A stretch of DNA of 64,000 bases from a virus. Lineage: Duplodnaviria; Caudoviricetes. Both the position numbers and the translations under genes were made by a program. Positions within the stretch are counted from its first letter, which is position 1. Each line of letters opens with the position of its first letter. Below, piece by piece: positions 33,205 through 41,650 of the stretch. Below the pieces are notes generated by a model. The model saw nothing but the letters and a program-made list of their open reading frames with translations, was not told the origin of the DNA and did no database searches. The stretch is taken from the IMG/VR virus record IMGVR_UViG_3300033066_000592, positions 10,265-74,264 of that record, one strand, 5' to 3'.

Positions 33205-34680
33205 ATGTACGATAACGGAAACCTGTCAGAACTTGCCGGCGGCGGCGCGTCCTTTGGCGTCGGTCTGCCAGAGAACTACTTCGGCGCCGGTTTCGGTGGT
33301 GCGACCGAGAGCGAGATCCGCAAGGCGCTCACGATCGGCACGCAGCATCCGGCCGTCAGTGGCGGCATGACGCTCACGAGTCAGTCCCTGGAAGGGACCA
33401 TGCGCGTCACGACGCTCAACATGAGCCACATCAAGTTCTACAAGAAGCTGTCGCGGCTCGGCGCCGACAACACGGTGCTGGAGTACAACCTGCAAGACAG
33501 CTACGGCCAGACCCGCGCCGGAGCCTTCACCAAGGAAGGCGAGCTGCCGCAGCAGCAGGATGCCGCGTATCGCCGCGCGCTCGCGCAAGTCAAGTACCTG
33601 GGCACGCAGCGTGGCGTCAGCCATCCGATGACGGTCGTGAAGTCGGCCTTCGGCAACGTCATCGCGCTGGAAACGACCAACGGCGTCATCTATCTGATGT
33701 ACCAGCTGGAAAAGGCCCTGTTCAAAGGCGACAGCACGATCGTGCCCGAGTCCTTCGACGGCATCTTCCAGCAGATCGTGCAGCATCCTGTTGCGCGTCG
33801 CCGGAACATCATCGACCTGCGCAACGGCGTCGTCACGCAAGACATCATCGAGCAGGCGTCGAACATCATCGTCTCTGCACTGGGCGAGCCGACGGATCTC
33901 GTGTTCTCGCCGAAAGCGCATTCGGACTACAGCCGCCAGTTCTACCCGATCCAGCGTGCGGGCCTGCCGATCGCGACTTCGCAGGGTACCGTCGGCTTCG
34001 TGGTGCAAGAGACGCTGACCACGGGCGGTATGATCAAGCTGGAGAACAACCTGTTCCTGCGGCCTGGCGAAATCGGTTCACTGAGCGAAGGCGACACCGA
34101 CAAGGCGCCGCCGAGCGTAGCCAGTTCGCCGAAGGCCCCGCTGCCTCCGACGATCGCGCTGGCCGCCGCCGTGGGCATCGGCAGCAAGTTCAGTGCTGCC
34201 GATGTCGGCACCTATCGCATCCGTGTGTCGGCCAAGAACCGCTTCGGCGAAAGCGCCGCGTCGTCGTCGTCGTCGGTCCTTGTGGCTGCTGCCGGTGACG
34301 GCATCCAGATCACCATCACGGATGGCGGTGGTCTCGGAGATCAGACGACGACGGGCTTCATCATCTATCGCAGCGCCGATCCGAATGCCATCGCCGGTAC
34401 CGAAGAGGTCATGGTCGAAGTGCCGCGTACGCCTGGCGCGACCACGATCACGATCGACGCCAACGATGACATCCCTGGCACGAGCAAGGCGCTGATGTAC
34501 AACGCCTCGCTGCAGGTGATGTCGTGGCGTCAGCTGCTGCCGATGATGAAGGTCGCGCTGGCCACCACGGCGCCTTCGGTGCAGTGGATGCAGCTGCTGT
34601 ACGGTACGCCCATCGTGTACCAGCCCACCAAGGTCGTGCTGCTACGCAACATCCGTGATCGTCAAGCGCTGCTGTCGTAG
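33205..34680 (+). CDS. major capsid protein (SPO1/Twort-like) with Ig/Fn3-like insertion
   Basis: QSLEGTMRVTT...IKFYKKL...TVLEY...FTKEGELP...QVKYLGTQRGVS matches this capsid type. Insertion GTYRIRVSAKNRFGES; IRKA motif near residue 40. Confidence 0.92.
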   Translation: MYDNGNLSELAGGGASFGVGLPENYFGAGFGGATESEIRKALTIGTQHPAVSGGMTLTSQSLEGTMRVTTLNMSHIKFYKKLSRLGADNTVLEYNLQDSYGQTRAGAFTKEGELPQQQDAAYRRALAQVKYLGTQRGVSHPMTVVKSAFGNVIALETTNGVIYLMYQLEKALFKGDSTIVPESFDGIFQQIVQHPVARRRNIIDLRNGVVTQDIIEQASNIIVSALGEPTDLVFSPKAHSDYSRQFYPIQRAGLPIATSQGTVGFVVQETLTTGGMIKLENNLFLRPGEIGSLSEGDTDKAPPSVASSPKAPLPPTIALAAAVGIGSKFSAADVGTYRIRVSAKNRFGESAASSSSSVLVAAAGDGIQITITDGGGLGDQTTTGFIIYRSADPNAIAGTEEVMVEVPRTPGATTITIDANDDIPGTSKALMYNASLQVMSWRQLLPMMKVALATTAPSVQWMQLLYGTPIVYQPTKVVLLRNIRDRQALLS

Positions 34681-34787
34681 TACCGCCTCAGCGTTCTGCT
34701 GATTCCTTCCTACAAATCACGTAAGTATCGCGCTGCTGTGTAGTACGCTTTTGCGAGCGCACTATCAACAGCGCGAAAGGATTACTC

Positions 34788-35444
34788 ATGAACCCGCAAC
34801 AGGTCGTCACCGGACAGGACATCGTGCAGGTGCAGCTCAATGCGCGAGCTGACGCCACAGGCAAGCCTCACTTGGCGAATACGTCGCTCAGCACGACGTG
34901 GGGCGTTTTGCAGTTCGACAAAGATGGTCGCTCGGTGGCCAAGCTGCCCACAACGGCGCTGCCCATGCTGGCGAAGTACAACATCGACTTCAGCCATACG
35001 GTCGATCCTGATCTGGCCGCAGAGCAGAACGTCAAGGCGCCCACGGGCCCTGTCGATCACAAGAAGCTGCTGTTCCTGCTGGAGCAGCGTCACGGTGAGC
35101 TTGCCAACGAGCACGATGATGCACTGCGCGCGATCGAGTCCCAGCGACGTCAGCTCGACGAGTATCGGCGCGAACACCAACCACTGCACGAGCGTCTGCA
35201 AGTGGCTGAGAGCCGCATCCGTGAGTTGACGGACGACTTGGAGCTGCAACGCGGTCGTGCTGAAAACGCCGAGAAGTTGCTCGGCGAAGCTGCAACGCTG
35301 CGTGATCAGGCCAAGCAACTTCTTGGTGAGCTGGAAGCTGTGAAGGCGTCATTGGCCGCTGCCAACGAGCAGCTTGAAGCCTTGCGCACTGCTGAGACGC
35401 CGCGCAGCCCTGAGACGCCGTCGACCAAGCGCAAAGACCGCTAA
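34788..35444 (+). CDS. coiled-coil hypothetical protein
   Basis: RBS AAGGA; heptad-rich C-terminal half. Confidence 0.7.
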   Translation: MNPQQVVTGQDIVQVQLNARADATGKPHLANTSLSTTWGVLQFDKDGRSVAKLPTTALPMLAKYNIDFSHTVDPDLAAEQNVKAPTGPVDHKKLLFLLEQRHGELANEHDDALRAIESQRRQLDEYRREHQPLHERLQVAESRIRELTDDLELQRGRAENAEKLLGEAATLRDQAKQLLGELEAVKASLAAANEQLEALRTAETPRSPETPSTKRKDR

Positions 35445-35474
35445 GCCTGGCTTCCGATAGGCCACGCTGCTATC

Positions 35475-36266
35475 GTGGCTCTCGTGCTTCCTCGACCCTT
35501 CTATGTAGACATCAGCGACTTCACCGCTGCCTACCTCAAGAAAAACTATCTCATCGGCTTCAAGTTCGTCGACGGAAATGGCGTCGAACTTGAAGACAGT
35601 GTGTACGAGCACTGGCTTTCAGTCGCTGTTGCGATGCTTGAAACCAAGCTGAGTATCGCGATCTGGCCTGTGGATGTCATAGACGAGAAGCACGAATACT
35701 ACGTTGAGGACTACGTCAACTACGCGTTCGTGCCACTTGAGAAATGGCCCGTGCGCGATGTCACAGAAGTGTCGATTCACTACGCGCCAGATAAGAAGAT
35801 CCTGGTCTATCCGCATGAGTGGTTGCGCATTCATAAGTCAGCCGGACAGCTGCAGCTAATACCCACGCTTTCGCAGTCAGCACCTTTGTCGATCGTTGGG
35901 TTTCAGAGTTCATGGGTGCCCTTCATCCTGAACATCTACAGCAACAAATTTCCACAATACTGGTACGTCAGTTACAGCGCAGGGTTTGACAACAAGATCC
36001 CGGCAGATGTTGCTGACGCAATCTTCAAACTCGCTGTCACGGATATGTACATCCTGATGGGCGTAACGGCTGTGCCGATTGGTGTTGCGTCTGAGTCTGT
36101 GTCTGTGGACGGTCTCAGTCAGAGCCGCAGCTACAATGAACCGTTCAAGGCTGTTCTCGACAGATATAACAAAAGCTTGTATGGCACGCCTGGTAATCCA
36201 AATGATCCAGGTATCATCGCTAACCTCGTCGCCAAGTACAAAGGCGTCATGATCGAATCGCTGTAG
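35475..36266 (+). CDS. head-tail adaptor / neck protein
   Basis: Position after the capsid gene; GVASESVSVDGLSQS and 'AVAMLETKLSI' are adaptor-like. True start may be GTG 35484. Confidence 0.75.
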   Translation: MALVLPRPFYVDISDFTAAYLKKNYLIGFKFVDGNGVELEDSVYEHWLSVAVAMLETKLSIAIWPVDVIDEKHEYYVEDYVNYAFVPLEKWPVRDVTEVSIHYAPDKKILVYPHEWLRIHKSAGQLQLIPTLSQSAPLSIVGFQSSWVPFILNIYSNKFPQYWYVSYSAGFDNKIPADVADAIFKLAVTDMYILMGVTAVPIGVASESVSVDGLSQSRSYNEPFKAVLDRYNKSLYGTPGNPNDPGIIANLVAKYKGVMIESL

Positions 36267-36278
36267 GAGAGAGCTTGC

Positions 36279-36587
36279 ATGAATACGCAAGGTGAAAGCA
36301 GCACAGGTGTTTTGAACCTAGCCAGTACAGGTGAGTTGCAAGTGGTTGACGTACAGACCGTGACGCGCGGTGACGCCACATTCGCGCGCAACCTACAGCT
36401 GTACAACTTCGGTCCTGACCCGATAGAGGTAGCGTTCGGCAACGGTGAGCTGAGTGCATTCGTACCTGTCGCCATAAGCCAGCCTTTCGGCACGGACGGT
36501 CCTATCACAAAATTCGCGTTGCGCGCTGCTCCTGCATCTGTAGGTGCGCGGGTCTCCTATAGCTTGCGAAATGCAGGTGGTAAGTGA
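36279..36587 (+). CDS. small virion-type hypothetical protein
   Basis: RBS AGGAG; beta-rich 102 aa. Confidence 0.6.
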   Translation: MNTQGESSTGVLNLASTGELQVVDVQTVTRGDATFARNLQLYNFGPDPIEVAFGNGELSAFVPVAISQPFGTDGPITKFALRAAPASVGARVSYSLRNAGGK

Positions 36588-36985
36588 CTGGTTGGGGATC
36601 TGGGGCAGGTCCTGCCGGTCCTGCCGGTCCTGCCGGTCCTGCTTACGAAACGGTGGCATCGGACACCGCCGCTAGTGCTGGCGACGTAGCGCGGCGGGTG
36701 CCAGGAGGTCACATCGAAAAAGCCACAGGCGGCGCTGCAGGCGATGGCGAAGGCTGCGTTGGTATGTATGGTGCAAACGTAATTGGAGGCGCAAGCGCCA
36801 CGCTTTACCGTACCGGGTCGCGCTGCCCGGTCGCGGGGCTACCTGTTGGCGAACTCTGGCGCAGCAACACAGGCACAGCGGTGCAGTATTCGTCGATTGT
36901 GTTCGGGGAGTACACCAACCGGATCGGGTACTCCGATGGTGCTGGCGTCGATGTGAACATTGGACCCGAGGAGCAAAAGCCATGA
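36584..36985 (+). CDS. small fibre/decoration-type protein with short collagen-like repeat
   Basis: GTGA overlap; GAGPAGPAGPAGPA near the N-terminus. Confidence 0.6.
   Translation: MTGWGSGAGPAGPAGPAGPAYETVASDTAASAGDVARRVPGGHIEKATGGAAGDGEGCVGMYGANVIGGASATLYRTGSRCPVAGLPVGELWRSNTGTAVQYSSIVFGEYTNRIGYSDGAGVDVNIGPEEQKP
36608..36643 (+). repeat. 9-bp tandem repeat (GGTCCTGCC x3 plus GGTCCTGCT), coding Gly-Pro-Ala
   Basis: Read directly from the sequence. Confidence 0.9.
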
Positions 36986-38727
36986 AACGTCTATCAGCCT
37001 ATCTGTGCTTTGCGCTGGCCGTGCTGCTTGCCGCACCGGCGCACGCGTACAAGCCGCAGTGCAAAGACGCCTCTGGGCGCCTGATTCAATGCACTGGCAA
37101 CCTAGACAACACGCAGGCACCGACCTCGATCGCTGCCTCGACACTGACCGGTGCTGTCGGCGTGCCGAATGGCGGCACCGGCGCAACGTCGATGACGGCA
37201 CACGGCGCAGTTGTCGTGGACGGTTCGGGCACAGCACTGCAGGCGACAAATGCGCCAACAACGGCCGGCCAGCATCTCATGTGGGACGGCGCGCAGTGGC
37301 TGCCCGGTATTCAGACAGGGACGGTCTACTACTTCCGCCGGGACGCTTCGGACATTGGCGGCGGCTATGAGCAGATCACGCAGACGCCGCAGACGGGCGC
37401 GGAAAAGACCGCATCGACGACGCTAAACAATGCGTCAGGAACGGTGGTGTTTGACCGATACGCCACCAATGTAGGCGAGCCGGGTCTAACGCAGTTGCTA
37501 GCGGGAACCTGGGAATTTGACATTTACGCCCAGGTATCATCCACGGCGGGCGGTAACTCAACTAACGTCGTGATCCAAGTCTACCAACGCACGACTGGCG
37601 GCACAGAGACGCTGTTGTTTAGCACAACAAGCCCTGCGCTAGACAGCACAAGCCCAAAGCTGTATTCGTGGCTGTACACGCAGGCCGCCGACATTGCGCT
37701 GGCTATCACAGATCGATTAGTAGTTAAGGTTGCGGCGACCAATAGCAGCGTAACAAATCGCACGGTTACGTTCTACTATGAGGGCACATCGCGTTACTCT
37801 CATTTCCATCCGCCGTTTTTATCGCTGATTGACGGTGGTTCGCTGGTGACGGTCGGCGGAACCCAGACAATCACAGGCGCTAAGACGTTTAGCGTCGCGC
37901 CGATCATGTCCGGCGCAAACATCACCGCAGCGACGGTGCCAGCGGCGAAGCTCAGCGGCGGCACGTTGGGTCGTCTGCTGTACGATGACGGCACCGGCGG
38001 CGCATGGCTTGGCGTTGGTACGTCGGGCTATCTGCTGCAGTCCGCGGCACCTGGCTTTGCGCCGGTGTGGTCCAACACCATCAGCGGAATCACAATCCCA
38101 GCTGATCTCAACACGATCACCAACCTGACCACCGCATCGCTCGCCCCGGCCTTCGTGCTGGGCGCTGCCAACGGCGGCACGGGGCAGTCGACTTACACCG
38201 CTGGGCAGACACTGTATGCGACCGGAGCCACCACGCTCGCAAAGCTCAGTATCGGCGCGGCCAACACGGTCTACACCAGCACGGGCAGTGCGCCAAGCTG
38301 GGCGGCCCTGCCCACGGCGTCGAGTGGGTCCGCTGTGCTTGGTGCGGCCTTTCCGCTGACGACGACGGATGTTTATCAAGACACTGGCTTAAACGCGTCA
38401 CTGCCAAGCGCTGGCACGTATCAGATAACGGCACAGGTCAAAGCTACGCTGCTGGCAACAACCGGAGCCCCTTATGCGGTGTGTCGTCTCTACAACGTCA
38501 CAGCGGGAGCCGCCGTGACAAACACAGAATTGTTTGTCGCATTTGCTCCTGCCGCCGGCACATATGGGATTAACACCGCAACTGGGATTTATGTTGTTAC
38601 CATCGGATCGGCTGCGACGGTGCGGCTAGACTGCGCGCGAAGACAAGCCACCGTCTGGTCACAGGCTGAGATTAGCAGCGACCCAGACGGCAAAACTCTG
38701 ATCACTTGGGTCAAGTGGGCGTCATGA
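36982..38727 (+). CDS. fibre-like protein with an N-terminal Sec signal peptide
   Basis: MKRLSAYLCFALAVLLAAPAHA|YK signal; phage-fibre repeats (VPNGGTGATS, AANGGTGQSTYTAGQTLYATG); C-terminal beta-sandwich. Confidence 0.75.
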   Translation: MKRLSAYLCFALAVLLAAPAHAYKPQCKDASGRLIQCTGNLDNTQAPTSIAASTLTGAVGVPNGGTGATSMTAHGAVVVDGSGTALQATNAPTTAGQHLMWDGAQWLPGIQTGTVYYFRRDASDIGGGYEQITQTPQTGAEKTASTTLNNASGTVVFDRYATNVGEPGLTQLLAGTWEFDIYAQVSSTAGGNSTNVVIQVYQRTTGGTETLLFSTTSPALDSTSPKLYSWLYTQAADIALAITDRLVVKVAATNSSVTNRTVTFYYEGTSRYSHFHPPFLSLIDGGSLVTVGGTQTITGAKTFSVAPIMSGANITAATVPAAKLSGGTLGRLLYDDGTGGAWLGVGTSGYLLQSAAPGFAPVWSNTISGITIPADLNTITNLTTASLAPAFVLGAANGGTGQSTYTAGQTLYATGATTLAKLSIGAANTVYTSTGSAPSWAALPTASSGSAVLGAAFPLTTTDVYQDTGLNASLPSAGTYQITAQVKATLLATTGAPYAVCRLYNVTAGAAVTNTELFVAFAPAAGTYGINTATGIYVVTIGSAATVRLDCARRQATVWSQAEISSDPDGKTLITWVKWAS

Positions 38728-39302
38728 TGCGCGCGCTTGTGTTTGCGGCCTTTTGCCTGGCTTGCGGTCCAATGCCCGGCGTGTCGCGTCCGGCATCAAA
38801 GCAGGCCGAGCGTACGCCTGCTGCTTGGCCCGATCCGGTGCCGTACTGCCAGCGACCTGCGCCGATGCCGTCTTGTGCCAACGGCTGCCCAGAAGCAAGC
38901 GACTGCATCGAAGGTCAGTGTGTGCCCGTTTGGGAGGCAGATGGTGAGCATCGTTGCATTCCGGCAGATCGGCCCGTCGTTCTATGCCAAGGCAACACCG
39001 CACACCATGGTGTCTTTGTCGACGGTCGACAGGTCCGCTACTTATCAGTGTTGATACCGGCTGCGGTGTCGGTTCTTGGTCGTGCGGCGTGGCGTGTCTA
39101 CGACGCAAGCCCGGATTTGCGTCCGCGTGCCTGGCTGGATAGCGTTAGTCAGAGCTATTGGTTCTCGTTGGTGCTTGATTGCGACAAGAACATTCCCCGC
39201 TACGAGCGTGCCGATTTGCTGTCCTCACCCGAAGCCGCAAACTGGTCTATCTATCTACTAGTTTTTGACGGTGGCGGCGGTCCTCGTGAGGTGATTCCGT
39301 GA
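38724..39302 (+). CDS. putative Cys-rich lipoprotein
   Basis: ATGA overlap; MMRALVFAAFCLAC lipobox; CANGCPEASDCIEGQC motif. Confidence 0.6.
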   Translation: MMRALVFAAFCLACGPMPGVSRPASKQAERTPAAWPDPVPYCQRPAPMPSCANGCPEASDCIEGQCVPVWEADGEHRCIPADRPVVLCQGNTAHHGVFVDGRQVRYLSVLIPAAVSVLGRAAWRVYDASPDLRPRAWLDSVSQSYWFSLVLDCDKNIPRYERADLLSSPEAANWSIYLLVFDGGGGPREVIP

Positions 39303-39377
39303 TCAAGATACCCTCGCCTCTGGCGGTTGGTTGCGTGTCGTTTTAGTTCGGGTACATCAACGCTAGGAAGTGATTGA

Positions 39378-40220
39378 ATGCCTATCGTCGTCGGTATGGG
39401 ACCTTTGTTGGGTGGTCCTAAATACACAGGCACACCGTCACCCAAAGGCACGTGGGCGAAAGTGTGGGACGATTTCGACGTTCCATTTGCACGTGACGGT
39501 TTTGCACGACTTATCAGTGCGCACGGAACAGACGTACTGTGGGAGAAGTCTGTTCCATGTCCAAAGCTGTCACCTGTCGATAAACGCCATCATCACGACT
39601 TCGCGTGTCGTGTCTGCGACGGTTTTGGTCGCATTTACATCGATCCCCAAGCGGCCCCGATGCTGATACAGGCGATTGATTTGCACCAACAGTACAGCGC
39701 GCAGTCTCGCGTGGATTCAGGTACAGCACGCGTCACAGCGATGCCTGAATTTCGGCTTAGTGAAGGTGATCGACTGACACTTGTGACAGCTATCGACCGT
39801 TTTGAAGAAAAGGTTCTGCGCTCACGCACGTCTGACACCGACGATGCGAAGTACCCGATCGTTGCGACGATCGTGTACGACAGTTCGCCTGGTGCATTCA
39901 ACGTGTCTTGGGTAGACCGTACCGGTGTGCTCAAGACGTACGTGCAAGGCGTAGATTTCCAGATCACAGTGTCTGGACGAATCAGATGGCTGAATCTGGC
40001 AGGACAACCTGATGCAGATTCGTTCTACAGCGTGGCCTACCACTACCATCCGCGCTACATCGTCATTCCAGACTTGCTGCATCAAGTTCGGATGCAGCCA
40101 GTGAAAGGCCGCGCCTGGGAATTTCCAGTACAGGTCATGGCTAAGTACGAATATCTCATGCGAGACGAGAGCCGCGATGCGCCTGTCAGTCCGGTGCCAG
40201 ATCCCGTCATCCGTAAGTGA
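39378..40220 (+). CDS. head-closure / neck protein
   Basis: VLWEKSVPCP...CRVCDGFGRIY motif, typical of SPO1-like neck proteins; position before the tail genes. Confidence 0.75.
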   Translation: MPIVVGMGPLLGGPKYTGTPSPKGTWAKVWDDFDVPFARDGFARLISAHGTDVLWEKSVPCPKLSPVDKRHHHDFACRVCDGFGRIYIDPQAAPMLIQAIDLHQQYSAQSRVDSGTARVTAMPEFRLSEGDRLTLVTAIDRFEEKVLRSRTSDTDDAKYPIVATIVYDSSPGAFNVSWVDRTGVLKTYVQGVDFQITVSGRIRWLNLAGQPDADSFYSVAYHYHPRYIVIPDLLHQVRMQPVKGRAWEFPVQVMAKYEYLMRDESRDAPVSPVPDPVIRK

Positions 40221-40224
40221 CGCC

Positions 40225-40698
40225 GTGTTTGTGAAAGTGCAGCGCGATATCACAGCGCTTCTGCCTGGCATACGCGCTTCTATGGCGGCGGCTCTTATGG
40301 AGGCTGTGAAGCTCGAAGCGAGAAGTCAGCTTCACAGCACGTACGATGCGTACGTAGCTGGTTTACCTGTGCAAACTACAGACGATGGCGAGCATGTCAC
40401 CGTTCGTTTGCAGGGCGCTCTGCCTGAGATGCTAGAGCGCGGCTTTGCGGCATTCGACATGAAGCCGGGCCTGCTTAAAGGCGCCAAGACGTCGAAGACA
40501 GGCAAGGCGTATCGCAACGTACAGCTAGGCAAAACAGGTCAATTCCGGCGGGTGTCAGAGAAAAGCGCAGCCGCGTCGTGGCGACATCCGGGCTATCCTG
40601 GTCTTCACCTGTTTGAAGTTGTGCCGCCACGCATCGAAGAACATCTACGCAAGGTGGTGGCACGTGATCTCGCCGCGAAAGGTTACGTGATCAAGTGA
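40225..40698 (+). CDS. neck / tail-completion protein
   Basis: LERGFAAFDMKPGLL...FRRVSEKS...SWRHPG pattern; start uncertain (GTG 40225). Confidence 0.65.
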   Translation: MFVKVQRDITALLPGIRASMAAALMEAVKLEARSQLHSTYDAYVAGLPVQTTDDGEHVTVRLQGALPEMLERGFAAFDMKPGLLKGAKTSKTGKAYRNVQLGKTGQFRRVSEKSAAASWRHPGYPGLHLFEVVPPRIEEHLRKVVARDLAAKGYVIK

Positions 40699-41393
40699 GA
40701 ACGCTAGACGGAGAAGATCCAGCCCGAAACTATGCGGAGCCTGCTACAGAGGCGCTTGGTTCGCGTTGCCATGACGTGTTGCTACGTGACCTGCTGGAGT
40801 GGGCACTCGCCAACGTGGCGCGCAATGTGCGTACGCCTGAAGACGTGCTACCTGAGCTGTTCAAGACGCACCCAGAGCACGTCATCTCGCAGATGCAGGA
40901 CTACATGCAGCAGCATCGGAACATTCCGATCAACCTGCACTGGCCCCGCGAAGACGCCAGCTTGCCGTTTGTCGCCGTGGTGCTCAGCACGAACAGCAAC
41001 GACGAAGTGCAGTCACTAGGCAACGAGGTCGGCACGAATCGACGTGACATGCAGTCGATTTACCAAGTCGGCGAAGACGTTCGTATCGACTTGTATGTCA
41101 CGACGCTGGACCCCAACTTCACGATCCTGCTGGCTGAGCTGATCAAGCGCATCATGTGGGTCAACTCTGTGGCACTTGAGGGCTATCACGCCATGCGTGG
41201 CATGACTCTCAGCATGCAGGATGTGCGTCACTCGATTGAGTACCTACCCAAGTTCTGTTATACGAGGGTCGTAATGGTTAAATTTGGCACCGACTTCCAG
41301 TGGTCCCACGATGAGCGGGTCTTGCGAGCCGTGTGCGTGGACTTCTTGTCGCGCGGCGTCTACGTCAAGCGAGACGGAACGGTGGCACCATGA
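40695..41393 (+). CDS. tail terminator-like protein
   Basis: Position two genes before the sheath; beta-rich fold-compatible sequence; GTGA overlap. Confidence 0.6.
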   Translation: MRTLDGEDPARNYAEPATEALGSRCHDVLLRDLLEWALANVARNVRTPEDVLPELFKTHPEHVISQMQDYMQQHRNIPINLHWPREDASLPFVAVVLSTNSNDEVQSLGNEVGTNRRDMQSIYQVGEDVRIDLYVTTLDPNFTILLAELIKRIMWVNSVALEGYHAMRGMTLSMQDVRHSIEYLPKFCYTRVVMVKFGTDFQWSHDERVLRAVCVDFLSRGVYVKRDGTVAP

Positions 41394-41623
41394 AAGAGTA
41401 CAAAGGCCAGACGCATTTTCCTGTACGAGCACATGCCGCAGTGTTGGCGATCAACGAACGGCGCGCTCGCTACGAACAGGAAGACGGCGCCATACCGCTC
41501 ACCACGTATCTGGTGAGCGTCGGCGTGAAAACGCAGACCGAAATTGACATGCGAATCGCTCATGCCAAGGGCGTGCAGCGTGCGACGCCCAAAGCATGGG
41601 CTGACATCTTCTCCGACTTCTAA
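41390..41623 (+). CDS. small hypothetical protein preceding the sheath
   Basis: ATGA overlap; 77 aa. Confidence 0.6.
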   Translation: MKEYKGQTHFPVRAHAAVLAINERRARYEQEDGAIPLTTYLVSVGVKTQTEIDMRIAHAKGVQRATPKAWADIFSDF

Positions 41624-41650
41624 CGGCGAGACGCCTAGAGAGGCTACGAC

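Noticed and set aside
34060-34480. Ig/Fn3-like insertion in the capsid protein as a novelty
   Set aside because: A comparable insertion is a known feature of SPO1/Twort-type capsid proteins.
36608-36643. CRISPR-like or regulatory repeat
   Set aside because: Tandem 9-mers without spacers that encode Gly-Pro-Ala in frame. No spaced repeat array was seen in the window.
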